From assembly GCA_963750165.1 (NCBI GenBank), contig CAVVPN010000003.1, forward strand, positions 2,432,001-2,496,000: a stretch of 64,000 nucleotides of DNA. Reading direction: 5' to 3'. The notes below the pieces were generated by a model. It was not told where the DNA came from. It saw only the letters and a list, made by a program, of their open reading frames with translations, and ran no database searches. Shown here piece after piece: positions 51,907-61,427 of this stretch. The position numbers and the translations under genes were made by a program. Numbering within the stretch: position 1 is the stretch's first letter; each line of letters begins with the position of its first letter. Origin of the DNA: an uncultured Gemmataceae bacterium. GTDB taxonomy: Bacteria > Planctomycetota > Planctomycetia > Gemmatales > Gemmataceae.

Positions 51907-52277
51907 AGGTTTGTGGTGGGCCAGGCGGCGGCGTAGCGGTCCAAATAAACCTTTTTGTGGTAGGTCGGCGTGCCCAGCGCCCGCGGTTCCACCAGCACCA
52001 CGCGGAACCGAGTGCCGTTACGGTCGGGGATGAACACCGAGTCCTCCGTCCCCGCCTGGTCGAACTGACTGAATCCATCCCGCACGTCCGTCAACGGGTC
52101 GAGGAGCAGCACGTGCGTGTAGCGCAGGGGACGCACTTCCGACTCGCCGGTTTCCATGCGCCGCTCGTAGTCCGCGTGCAGGGCGCACCGTTGGCTGGCT
52201 ACGTCGGGGCTCGCCGGCGGCACGTTTCCCGAACGGTAAATCTCACAGGTCGTGTTGGGCGGCAGGGGCAGCGGCAC
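51903..52277 (-). CDS. ~124-aa protein, probable head-closure/stopper-like; paralogue of the fibre N-terminus
   Basis: GGAGG RBS plus GTG; PNTTCEIYR..PDVA..THVLL..DVRD..PDRNGT..HKKVYL shared with 54009-55952. Confidence 0.7.
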   Translation of the reverse strand: MPLPLPPNTTCEIYRSGNVPPASPDVASQRCALHADYERRMETGESEVRPLRYTHVLLLDPLTDVRDGFSQFDQAGTEDSVFIPDRNGTRFRVVLVEPRALGTPTYHKKVYLDRYAAAWPTTNL

Positions 52278-52347
52278 AGCGCACCTCCGGGACTTCGGGA
52301 AAGCGCGGGCCGGCGCTGGCGGTCCAGCGCCGGCCCGTGGGGAACGG

Positions 52348-53667
52348 TTACGCGGACACGCCGTACTCCGACTGCACGGCCGCAATCAGCGCCGCCACGT
52401 CCTGTTGTTGTTGCGTCTGGTCCGCGGTCAGTGCGGCCTGGGCCTGCTGGTCCGCCTGCTGGGCGTTGGCCAGCTGCTGGGCCGTCTGCGCTTGTGCCGC
52501 ACTGTCAGCGGCCGTCTGCGCCGCGTCCGCCTTCACCACCGCCAGGGCCGCGTCCACCGGGTCGGTGGGCGTGTCGCGGAAGCGCAGCGCCTGCGGCCCC
52601 TGGAAGCTGGTGATGATGGTTGCCAGCGCCTGGGCGAGGGCGATGATCTGGGGCGCGTCGTTGATGAGCGCCTGAACTACCGCGATCGGATCGAAGCCTT
52701 TGCCGAGGTCACTGGCGCCCAACTTTTGCACCACCTTGATGAACGACTTCATCCGCGGGTAGGTCGTGAGCAGCCGCTGGCACTCGGCGTCCCACTGCGC
52801 CAGCGTCGGGTACTGGCTCGGAGCCGGCGAGGGTGTCGGAGCCGGCGGCACCGGGACCGGCGGGGTCGGCGTTGGGCCGGGCGCCGGGAACGGGCTCGGC
52901 GGCAGGGTCGCGCCGCCGAACTGCTGCCAGAATTGAGCAAGTTCGGTGTAGTGCTTGCCGTTGGGGGCGTAGCCGCTGCTGTCGAACCAGCGGAGCGAGA
53001 AGACCACGAACGCGGACGGGTCGCAGACCTGGACGCCCGCGGGCGTGATCCGGACGTAGCTGCCCCAGGTCTGCGCCCGGTAGCGGCCGCTGGCATCGAC
53101 GCCGTTCCACCAGACGCCATGACCGTTGTTGCTGTCGGCCCTGGCCGGGGCGTCCCACACCGCGCCGCCGGCGGGGTCGAAGGCGTCAATCCAGGCGTCC
53201 GGCACGTCGAGCATGAACAGCACGCCGCCGAACAGGTAGATGGCGGCCTGGGCCGCGGCGGTGTCGGTCGGGTCGAGGTCTAAGGCGTCGAGGATGGTGG
53301 CCTGGGCGTTGCCGGCCAGGCCAGGCTTCCAGCACTGGTTGAGCAATGTGCCCTCGTCCAGCCCGTTGTCACCGCCGGAGGCTTTCAGGTACTGGTTGAC
53401 GATGGCGCTCTCGGAAAAACTGGACTCGGTGCCAGCGTTACCGGTGAAGGTGTTGTCGGCGTGGCAGGCGCCGGCCAGCATACAGTCGCCGTAGTTGTCG
53501 TTGCCGTCCATCGGGAAGGACAGCGCTTTCGCCCAGTCCACAGGTAGCGGCGTGGGCGGGTAACTCACGGAGAGCTTGAAGCGCCGGGTCGGGTGACCTC
53601 GCTTCATCGCGTGCCGGTCCTGGAACTTGACGCGCTTGCCGAGTTTGGGGACGTAGACATTCTTCAT
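52348..53667 (-). CDS. Papain-like cysteine peptidase with a Pro-rich linker and an Ala/Gln coiled-coil tail
   Basis: GNDNYGDC..A (Cys), GHGV..G.D (His), QTWG. Confidence 0.6.
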   Translation of the reverse strand: MKNVYVPKLGKRVKFQDRHAMKRGHPTRRFKLSVSYPPTPLPVDWAKALSFPMDGNDNYGDCMLAGACHADNTFTGNAGTESSFSESAIVNQYLKASGGDNGLDEGTLLNQCWKPGLAGNAQATILDALDLDPTDTAAAQAAIYLFGGVLFMLDVPDAWIDAFDPAGGAVWDAPARADSNNGHGVWWNGVDASGRYRAQTWGSYVRITPAGVQVCDPSAFVVFSLRWFDSSGYAPNGKHYTELAQFWQQFGGATLPPSPFPAPGPTPTPPVPVPPAPTPSPAPSQYPTLAQWDAECQRLLTTYPRMKSFIKVVQKLGASDLGKGFDPIAVVQALINDAPQIIALAQALATIITSFQGPQALRFRDTPTDPVDAALAVVKADAAQTAADSAAQAQTAQQLANAQQADQQAQAALTADQTQQQQDVAALIAAVQSEYGVSA

Positions 53668-53705
53668 CGCACTCTCCTGAAACAAAAGGGTTGGGAAACG
53701 CATTA

Positions 53706-53996
53706 TCAACCGATCACCTGATACAGGTTCACGCGGATGGTTTTGTTGTTGGCGTCGAGGGATGTCTTGAGGGTGTCGAGCGTAACAACTACCGCGGCGA
53801 ATTGTGCGGCGGACAGGTACGATAGCTGACTTGCCAGAAGGTCGGAGTCTTGCAACGAGCCGGGCGTTGTGCCGTCGTCGGGGCTCACGAAGCCGCGGTC
53901 CTTGCCCTCCTGCACGGTCGCTTCCAGAAGTTGGATGTCCCTCAAAAGATTGCGGGTCTGCACCTTGAAGCGGTTCAGGTACTCGGTGGTCTGCAT
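53706..53996 (-). CDS. Small hypothetical protein after the fibre gene, possible fibre chaperone
   Basis: GAGAGG RBS; position directly after the fibre stop. Confidence 0.55.
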   Translation of the reverse strand: MQTTEYLNRFKVQTRNLLRDIQLLEATVQEGKDRGFVSPDDGTTPGSLQDSDLLASQLSYLSAAQFAAVVVTLDTLKTSLDANNKTIRVNLYQVIG

Positions 53997-54008
53997 GTGG
54001 AGGCCCTC

Positions 54009-55952
54009 TCATAGTTGGGTGATGTGTGCGGCCGCGTCGAAACTAATCAAGCCACCGCTGGTCTGGAACGCCGTTCTCAGCGTGATCGTGGTGCCGCTCT
54101 GCACCCAGATCGTGAGATCGTTGAAGTAAAAAATGCCGCTGGTGCCAAAACTCGTGGCGCCGCCCGTGGAGGTGAGATTGACCGTCTGCACCGTGTTGGT
54201 TTCGTCATGGAAGATGAGTTGGAAATTGAGCACATCGACGCTCGCGCTGCGGATTTTGAGGTAGCCGCCGACGCGGTACAGGCCCCCCACAGCGCTGGCG
54301 ACGGAGGTGATGGTCCCGGTTGCCGTCTGGCTGGTGAGCGTGTTGCTCGCAGCCGGGGCCACGACTCCCGTGATCGTGCCGGAGACGGTCAAGCTGCCGG
54401 TAATGTCAACATCGTTGCCGAACACAAAGGCGCCGCCAGAGGTGGTCATCTGCAAATAGGTGCCGCTCAGATCCCAGAGGGCCAGGGAGCCCGGATTGAT
54501 GTTATTCGTTTGGTCGCCGACATAGAGCGTCTCAGGTGTCCCTAATGGTCCAACGGAACCGGTCGGGTCGTACAGGAAATTCGCCGGGTCAGTCGAATAG
54601 GTGCCGCTGCCGTCGTTGAACGGCACCTCGCCGGCCGAACCGGCGGCGCCGACATTGGCGGTTGGCAGCGTGCCGGTCACGTCACTGGCGAGGTCGATCA
54701 GGCCGGAGACGAGATACTGGTTGGCGTCCGTCTTGACTGGCTGCGACGCCGTGAGTCCGCTGTCGTAGATGCCGAACGTCAGGCCGTTGAGGATGACGGT
54801 TCGGCCGCTGGTGGTCTCGATGGTGCGAAGGCACTCGATGCCATCGGAAATAATCGTTCGCCGCCCGCCGTTGGTGCTGTTCGTGCAGTCGAGCGCGGAT
54901 TGATCCGAGGTGATGCCCGTCGCGCTGTTGAACCTGGTGGTGGTGGTGCCGAGGTTGGTGTAGCTCGCCGTCAGGACGTGGCTGCTGCCGGAGTAGTTGT
55001 ACTCGCCGTTGGCGTTAGCAAAGCTGCCCGCGCCGTCGGCGAACTGCACGTCGCCGCTGCTGCCGGTGCTGCCGGAACCGCTTGACGGTCCAACGAGCGT
55101 GAACGAGCCGCTGCCGTCGCTGATGTACAGCTTCTTGTCGGTCGTGTCGTAGACCGGACTGCCGGCCGGGACGGTGAACGTTGGCGTGCCGGTGATCGTT
55201 AGGGTTGGCAGGGTGACGTAGCCCGGCGGCGCGGCGGCGAGACTGTTCGTGGTGCCGAAACTAACCTGGCCGGTGAAGAGACTGTTGGCGGTTGTGCCGT
55301 CGGTGCTGACCGTGAGCCAGTCGTAGGTGCCGCCGTGGTCGGTCAGCGAATACTGTTGCTGGATGGTGTAACTCGCGGTGGTGGCGTTGGTGAAGGTGGT
55401 CGCGGTGGCGGCCACGCTGACGTTTGGCGTCGTGGTTGTGCCCAGTTGCATGATCTGGGACAGGCCGAAGCCCGCGGCCGGCGTGCTGGTGCTGTTCGCC
55501 GCCAGGGTCAGGATGTTGGTGACGGTGTTGGTGGCGGTGGTGGTAATGCTGTCCGTGATGGGGTTGTCCATCACCGCGGCGTTGCTGGCCTGGGCCGCGC
55601 CGGCGGTCTTGCGGGCCAGATACACTTTCTTGTGGTCGTTCGTCTCGCCCCAGCCCTTGCGCTCGACGAACACCACCGAGAGCGGCGTGCCGTTGCGGTC
55701 GGGGGTGTACACCGTGTCCTGCGTGTTGCCGACCTGGCCGCGGTCGTAACTGTCGCGCACGTCGGTGGCCAGGTCCACCAGCAGGAGGTGCGTGAAGCGC
55801 AGGTCGAACGGATCGCCCTCGCCCTCCTCCAGACCCCGGGAGTAGACGCCCTTCAAATGGCAGCGCGTGAGTGCCACGTCCGGGGCGGCCGGCGGTGCGT
55901 TGCCGGCCCGGTAGATTTCGCAGGTGGTGTTGGGCGTCACGGCGAGGGTCAT
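54009..55952 (-). CDS. Phage-type fibre/receptor-binding protein with an N-terminal closure-like domain
   Basis: Thr/Gly/Ser-rich; fibre motifs GSSGDVQFADG and GSAGEVPFNDG, LASDVTGTLP; C-terminal beta-sandwich with GLYRV. Confidence 0.7.
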   Translation of the reverse strand: MTLAVTPNTTCEIYRAGNAPPAAPDVALTRCHLKGVYSRGLEEGEGDPFDLRFTHLLLVDLATDVRDSYDRGQVGNTQDTVYTPDRNGTPLSVVFVERKGWGETNDHKKVYLARKTAGAAQASNAAVMDNPITDSITTTATNTVTNILTLAANSTSTPAAGFGLSQIMQLGTTTTPNVSVAATATTFTNATTASYTIQQQYSLTDHGGTYDWLTVSTDGTTANSLFTGQVSFGTTNSLAAAPPGYVTLPTLTITGTPTFTVPAGSPVYDTTDKKLYISDGSGSFTLVGPSSGSGSTGSSGDVQFADGAGSFANANGEYNYSGSSHVLTASYTNLGTTTTRFNSATGITSDQSALDCTNSTNGGRRTIISDGIECLRTIETTSGRTVILNGLTFGIYDSGLTASQPVKTDANQYLVSGLIDLASDVTGTLPTANVGAAGSAGEVPFNDGSGTYSTDPANFLYDPTGSVGPLGTPETLYVGDQTNNINPGSLALWDLSGTYLQMTTSGGAFVFGNDVDITGSLTVSGTITGVVAPAASNTLTSQTATGTITSVASAVGGLYRVGGYLKIRSASVDVLNFQLIFHDETNTVQTVNLTSTGGATSFGTSGIFYFNDLTIWVQSGTTITLRTAFQTSGGLISFDAAAHITQL

Positions 55953-55953
55953 G

Positions 55954-56840
55954 TCAGCCTCCAAACGCGCTGAGCTTGTGATCGACGTAGGGTTGCAGCA
56001 GCAGCTGAACGCTGACCGGCATGGTCTTGACCGGCACGCGGGCGGTCACGCCGTAGATGATTTCATGCTCCAGGCCCGGGTCGCGCTTGGTCTGCCAGAA
56101 CAGGGCCGCCACCCACTCGGCGCACGCCTCCTGCACGTCGTCGGGCACGGTGGCGAAGCCGGCGGTGTAGACCACACGCCAGTAATTGCGGCCGCCGGGC
56201 CAGCCGAGCAGGTGCCGCCAGTCCGGCGGCAGCGGCGCGGCGGGAGCGCGCGCCAGCCAACCGCGGTCGGCGTCCACGTCAAAGGCGGACAGCTCCTGCA
56301 GGTGCAGCACCAGGTCGGCGGTGACGCCGCCGGCGGCGTTGCACGCCCCCTGCGGGCGCGCAGGTCGGCCGAGGCGCGGTTGCCGTTCGCCGGGCTGAGC
56401 ACCGCGGCGGACCAGCCGTTGCCCAGGGCGGTGACCGCGGCGGCCACGGCGCTGAGCGTGACGTTGCCGGCGAAGGTGACCGAGGTGTCGGTGGTGGTCA
56501 CGCCGCTGGCAACGCTCGTCAGTGTCAGCCCGGTGTCAGTGACCGCGACGGTGGCGCGCTGGTTGGCCGCCGAGGTGTTCGTGACGCGCAGCACCGCCGT
56601 CGGCGCATAAGCGACGCGGTCCACGGAAAGGACCGGGAACTGCCGCAGTTGCAGGCGCGGGTGCTCGGTGCCGTGGTACAGTTCGTCGAACTGCTGGCTG
56701 TCAAACGCGCGCTTGCAGTAGCGGCGGATCGCCTGCGAGCAGGCGCTGACCAGCGCGGCGATGGTGGTGTCCTCGTCGCTGCTGGTGCTCAGGTTGTTCA
56801 GGTTGTACAGGGCGCGGGCGCTGGTGATGAGATCGGCCAT
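55954..56840 (-). CDS. Head-tail connector/adaptor (gp6-like) with an insertion; frameshift near 56355
   Basis: IRRYCKR.F..LRQFPVLSV; VVYTAGFATVPDDVQEA; LLQPY; adding one C joins the two frames. Confidence 0.8.
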
Positions 56841-56848
56841 GGGGGTAT

Positions 56849-56951
56849 TCAGAAGTCAGAGGACAGAAGTCAGAGGTCAGAGGTCAGAGGTCAGAAGTCG
56901 GAAGCCAGCGATTGATTTCTGACTTCTGACTTCTGACTTCTGTCCTCTGAC
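56849..56951. repeat. Inverted heptamer tandem-repeat element (tcagagg / ttctgac)
   Basis: tcagaagtcagaggacagaagtcagaggtcagaggtcagagg ... ttctgacttctgacttctgacttctgtcctctgac. Confidence 0.9.
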
Positions 56952-56961
56952 CCGGGAAGGG

Positions 56962-57402
56962 TCAGGTGATGATCTGCGCGACCTTGGCGAGTTCGTCGTC
57001 GCTGGCGGGGCCGAAGCGCGGCCGCATACCGAAGCCGACCACGGCCACGATGTTGGTCGTGCCGTTGCCGACCGTCAGCCGGCCGCGCACGTAGCGGTAC
57101 AGGCTCGGCGACGCGGTCGTCTCCTCCGACTTGAGGTTGATGATCGCGACCTTGTCGTCGTCGGTGGACTGGAACTGCGTGATCGCCTTGCCGGTGATGT
57201 CCTGCTCGTCGGTGCCGCTGGTGTCGAGGGCCTCGCGCAGTTTGAAATCGACCGTGCTGTCCACGGCCCCGAGCAGGACCACGAACATGGCCTCGTGGAA
57301 CTTGCTCATATCGACGTAATCGGTGTTTTGCGTGCTGTCGTTGTAGTTGGCCGGGTCGATGGTCGCGACCACCGCGGCCCGTTCGCTGGGCTGGCTCTGC
57401 AT
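56962..57402 (-). CDS. Probable capsid decoration/cement protein
   Basis: Follows the MCP; beta-sandwich pattern TDYVDMSKF..KLREA..YRYVR. Confidence 0.65.
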   Translation of the reverse strand: MQSQPSERAAVVATIDPANYNDSTQNTDYVDMSKFHEAMFVVLLGAVDSTVDFKLREALDTSGTDEQDITGKAITQFQSTDDDKVAIINLKSEETTASPSLYRYVRGRLTVGNGTTNIVAVVGFGMRPRFGPASDDELAKVAQIIT

Positions 57403-57500
57403 GGGAAACTCCGGGGAAGGAAGGGCCGCCGCGCGGCGGAGCGCGGCGGCGATGGCGGCCCCTGGACGAACTCCGCCGGGGCCGGGGGAGACTCTTTGTC

Positions 57501-57618
57501 TTGCTCCCCTCGCCCCCTTCCGGGGGAGAGGGGTTGGGGGTGAGGGGGCGCGAATCGATAAATCGAAGAATACCCCCTCACCCCTACCCTCTCCCCCTTC
57601 CAGGGGCGAGGGGAGCAA
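57501..57618. repeat. Inverted pair of cccctc-family REP-like elements
   Basis: ttgctcccctcgcccc..gggtgaggggg and ccccctcacccc..ggggcgaggggagcaa. Confidence 0.85.
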
Positions 57619-57624
57619 GGCCCG

Positions 57625-58950
57625 TCAGCCGGGGGCGAGGCCGACGAACGGCGACAGCGTTGTCGTGGCGTCGGCCAGCGTCACCTTGTCGCGCATCCAC
57701 GGCTGGCCGTCCACCCGACACACGAACCGCCAGGCGCCCTGGTTGTTGATGAACTTGTAATGTTCGCTGAAAGCGATCTCAATCATCTGGCGGTCGCCCA
57801 CCAGGTAGTGCTGCAGGTTGAGCAACAGGATGTCGCCGAGCGTGTTCAGCGCCGGCAACTTTTCGCTGACCACGATGGGGATGCCGAACAACTGCATCCG
57901 CGGCGCGTCCTGGGCGTTGCTCAGGAAGATGTTGGGGCTGCCGGCGGCGGTGGCGGCCATCGTCAGCAGTTTGACCAGCACCGTCGGGTGGATGGCCCAG
58001 ACGCTGCTGCGGGCGTTCCAGCCCGGCAGCATGCGGCCGAGCATGCCGCCCACGTCCGCCAGCGTCACCGCGCTCGCGCCGGAGCGCGTCACGGACACCA
58101 GTGCCGTCGCGTTGAGGATGCCCAGCGGTTTGCCGGCGCCGTCACCGCGCAGGAAGGCGTAATCCTTGTACCAACCCAGGGCGTTGCCGAAGATTTGCAG
58201 CAGCAGTGCCTCCAGGCCGACGGCGTTGTCGTTCAGCAGCGCGTTCGAGGCGAGCGTGTAGCCGCTCAGCTCGTGGGCCGTCAGGCGGATCTGCTTGAAC
58301 GTCGGCTCCTTCTCGGTCAGCTGCTGCGCCTCCACGGACCAGGTGGCGGTGACGCCGCCGAAGTACGCGGTGTCGCCGGCCTGCGGCGGCGTGGTCACGT
58401 CCAGGGCCGGGATCTCGATGGACTGCGACGCCATCGGCACCCGCGTCGCCCGGCTCTCGACCACGCCTGTCTCCGCCGACAGCATCAGCAAATTCGGCAG
58501 GAATTCCGTCGGCACCGTGTAGCCGCCCTGCGTGCCGGTCTGCGTCGTCAGCGCCGCTTTCTGGCCGAGGTTCTCCCAGTCGGCCCAGCGGCTGCCCATC
58601 TCCTCCAGCACACGACCGTCGCCGCGGCGCACCGCCAGCAGGAAGTGGCCGAACGTCTTCTTCGGGTCGCCGTTGCCGCCCTGGCCGAAGATCAGCGGCA
58701 CGGCGTTGCGGCGCGAGCGCGTCTGGGCGTCGGCGAACTGTTTCAGCGTCGTTTCCATGGCGTCGTTGAGGCCGCGCGTCAGCGTGGCCAGCAGCGACTC
58801 CATCGACTTCGCCACCACCGGCGCCAGCGGGTCGCCGGTGACGGCCTCGGCAATGCCCTGGGCGATCAGCGTGGCGGCGACGGGTTCGTCCACGTCCACG
58901 CGGGCGCCGGCCTTCTGGCCGAAGTGGTCTTTCTTGAGTTGCACGAACAT
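57625..58950 (-). CDS. HK97-fold major capsid protein
   Basis: GGYTVPTEF, E..PTFKQIRL.AHEL, LRGDGAGKPLGILNA, LFGIPIVVSE, RVDGQP. Confidence 0.93.
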   Translation of the reverse strand: MFVQLKKDHFGQKAGARVDVDEPVAATLIAQGIAEAVTGDPLAPVVAKSMESLLATLTRGLNDAMETTLKQFADAQTRSRRNAVPLIFGQGGNGDPKKTFGHFLLAVRRGDGRVLEEMGSRWADWENLGQKAALTTQTGTQGGYTVPTEFLPNLLMLSAETGVVESRATRVPMASQSIEIPALDVTTPPQAGDTAYFGGVTATWSVEAQQLTEKEPTFKQIRLTAHELSGYTLASNALLNDNAVGLEALLLQIFGNALGWYKDYAFLRGDGAGKPLGILNATALVSVTRSGASAVTLADVGGMLGRMLPGWNARSSVWAIHPTVLVKLLTMAATAAGSPNIFLSNAQDAPRMQLFGIPIVVSEKLPALNTLGDILLLNLQHYLVGDRQMIEIAFSEHYKFINNQGAWRFVCRVDGQPWMRDKVTLADATTTLSPFVGLAPG

Positions 58951-59072
58951 GAGGGGCTCTTTCGTTGATGGGTTGATGGGATGGGATGGCGGCGGCGCGT
59001 CTCCGGCACGGCGGCGGGCAGCTTGGCGTCTGCCTCGGCGGCCGCGGCCTGACTGCTACTCCGGCGGGTACG

Positions 59073-59909
59073 CTAGATCCGGCCTTTTAACCTGGACCAG
59101 CACTCGGCAAGGAATTCTTGCACCAGCGTGGGCAAGTTCAGTTGATCGACCTGTCGCTGAAAAGCGCGGGTGATTTCCTCCAGCGGTGTGAACGGGATGA
59201 CGGCCGGGGCTGGCGGCTCAACGTCAGCGGACAGGCCGAGGGCGCGGCGCGTGGCGTCGGACAGCAGGCCCTTGGACACGCTCTCCACCAGGGCGTTCTG
59301 CTGTGCCGGCAGGTAGACGCAGGCGTATTCCAGCAGCAGCCATTTTTCGATGACCCAGTTCACCTTCGACCACGCAGGGTTGGTGCTGACCTCGTCCTCC
59401 GTGGGCCGGCGGGCCTTGACGGGCAGGAAGCCGACACTCTTGCCGCTCAGCAGGCCGGACTGCACCAGCGTGAAGGCGATGTCCGCGGGCCACTCGGCGT
59501 CGTCCGGCCAGGCGTCGGGGCGCTGCGGATACAGCGTCTTCGCCTTGATGCCGACCAGCGGCCCGTCCTTGACGCGGCGCCGCCACAGCGACCGGCCCAC
59601 CGGCGGCAGCCAGTAAGCGTGCTGCATCGTCACCAGGGGGTTCAGCTTGAAATGGGCGTCGTCCATGCCCGCAGCCATCACGACATCGTTTTGGCGGTCG
59701 ATGGACTCCTCGCTGATCCACGAGACATCGGCGCGTTCGCCGGTCAGCAGCTCGGTCGGCGATTTCGCGATCACGGCGGTCTGCGGCTCGAAGGGGCGCT
59801 CGCGCGGCAGCGTTTTCAGCAGTGCTTCGAGGGCCTGGGCCTGGCGGTCCTTCATCGGCACGCCGAACGGGCCCTCGGTGTCGTAGTAGGCTTTGTGGAA
59901 CTGGGGCAT
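59073..59909 (-). CDS. HK97-type prohead protease
   Basis: SEESIDRQNDVV, NPLV..H..PVG, SVGFLP, LLEYACVYLPAQQNAL. Confidence 0.85.
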   Translation of the reverse strand: MPQFHKAYYDTEGPFGVPMKDRQAQALEALLKTLPRERPFEPQTAVIAKSPTELLTGERADVSWISEESIDRQNDVVMAAGMDDAHFKLNPLVTMQHAYWLPPVGRSLWRRRVKDGPLVGIKAKTLYPQRPDAWPDDAEWPADIAFTLVQSGLLSGKSVGFLPVKARRPTEDEVSTNPAWSKVNWVIEKWLLLEYACVYLPAQQNALVESVSKGLLSDATRRALGLSADVEPPAPAVIPFTPLEEITRAFQRQVDQLNLPTLVQEFLAECWSRLKGRI

Positions 59910-59952
59910 GGCGGATGAGGGGGTGATGGGGTGATGGGGTGAGGACATCTCT

Positions 59953-60097
59953 GTTGTGGGCCGGTCTCCTGACCGATCCACGGCTTCGACCGAAGGTCTC
60001 CTCTTCGGGGCGCTGGAAGGCGGGGAGACCTTCGGTCCGGCACGGTGGCTTGGTCCGGAGACCAAGCCACAACCAGTGAGACCAAGCCACAACCGGG
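59953..60097. repeat. ~145-bp palindromic dispersed repeat, copy 1
   Basis: gaccgaaggtctcc..ggagaccttcggtc core with tandem gagaccaagccacaac; similar copy at 63733-63878. Confidence 0.88.
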
Positions 60098-60101
60098 ACG
60101 C

Positions 60102-61427
60102 TCATTGCGGTTCCTGAATGGACACCCGCGGCGGCACCCAGGGCACGTCGCCCCACGGCACCGGCGGCAGGCCGCGCTCCGAGCGCACCTCGTTGATCGT
60201 CCGCACGCCGTACTTCAGATCCGACTCCGTTTGCTTCAGCAAACGCTCCTGGTCCTGTGGCGTCGGGTCGTCCGACATCAGGAACAGCCGGCCGCTCGGG
60301 TCGTACAGCGGGATCAGCTGCTCGTTCAACTTCTCATCGCGGCGGCGCAGGCGCGGCACAATCGCCAGGCTCTTGTGCAGATGGTCGGCCGCTTGCAGGT
60401 TCGCCAAATTCGTCTCCGACGACAGCAGCGGCAGCGGCACCTGGAAGCAGTTGGCCACGTCCTCGCGCGTAGCCTTCAACTCCGCCAGCGCCGCCAGGTC
60501 GCCGAGCGAGTGACTCAGCAAATCGACCTTCAAACCCGTTTCACTGATGAGCACCTTGCCGGCGCCGCCACGGCGAAACTTCTGGTTCCACTGCTCCTCC
60601 AGCCGGTCGCGCTCGTCCTGGCCGATGGTCGCGTCCGGCGACAGCACCACGCCTGGCAGGGCGGTGTTGTCGTACAACGCTCGCTTGCGCGCCACCCCGC
60701 TGCTCAGCAGCGTCGCCTGTTCGTAGCAGGCCCGCAGCGGACTCAGGCCGCCGGTGTACGGCGCCCGCGGGTCGGGACAGCGGAAGTGGATCACGTCCTC
60801 CGGCGCGAACTGGGCCACGGCGCCGCCGGCGGTGAACTCATAGCAGTCCACCAGGCGCGGGCTGTCCGCCGCCCGGCAGATGCGGACGAACTGGCTCGGC
60901 AAAATCCAGATATGTACCGGGATGCCGAGCACGTCGTCCATCTCCAGCAGCCAGTACGCATTGCCGTGAAACTCCAGGTACAGTTGTGTGAGTTCCCAGA
61001 GGTCAAAACTGTTATGAGCCGGGTTGATCTGCTGGAGCAGCGTCAGCAGCGGATGGCTGACGACCTCGGTGATCGTCTCGACACCCTTGACGCGCGCGGC
61101 CAGGTGCGGCGTCTCGCGCAGGCGCTGCTCCTCGGCGGCGCCCAGGCGGCGCGTCAGGCAGCGCGCGGCCGGCTGGTGGGCGGCGGTGGTGACGTACAGC
61201 CGCGGCGGGCAACGGGCGCACACGGCAGCGTTGACGGACGCGCACGCCCAGGCGGTGCCCTTCAACTCGTGCAGCAGATCGAGGGCCGTCGGCTCGCGCA
61301 GGTGGCGGTAACTGTCGGCGTACCAGCCAGCGCGGCCGAGGCCGCTGAACAGGGCGGGTTGCACCGCCGTCTTGCGCTGCAGCCAGGCCGTCGTGCGGCG
61401 GAACAGGTCGAGGACGGTGCGGATCAT
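60102..61427 (-). CDS. Phage portal protein (HK97 family)
   Basis: HPLLTLL..NP, GNAYW, EDVIHFR, GLSPL, TINEVRSERGLPP..GD. Confidence 0.93.
   Translation of the reverse strand: MIRTVLDLFRRTTAWLQRKTAVQPALFSGLGRAGWYADSYRHLREPTALDLLHELKGTAWACASVNAAVCARCPPRLYVTTAAHQPAARCLTRRLGAAEEQRLRETPHLAARVKGVETITEVVSHPLLTLLQQINPAHNSFDLWELTQLYLEFHGNAYWLLEMDDVLGIPVHIWILPSQFVRICRAADSPRLVDCYEFTAGGAVAQFAPEDVIHFRCPDPRAPYTGGLSPLRACYEQATLLSSGVARKRALYDNTALPGVVLSPDATIGQDERDRLEEQWNQKFRRGGAGKVLISETGLKVDLLSHSLGDLAALAELKATREDVANCFQVPLPLLSSETNLANLQAADHLHKSLAIVPRLRRRDEKLNEQLIPLYDPSGRLFLMSDDPTPQDQERLLKQTESDLKYGVRTINEVRSERGLPPVPWGDVPWVPPRVSIQEPQ

Noticed and set aside
57625..58950. Encapsulin nanocompartment
   Set aside because: Portal, terminase and prohead protease genes indicate a DNA-packaging capsid
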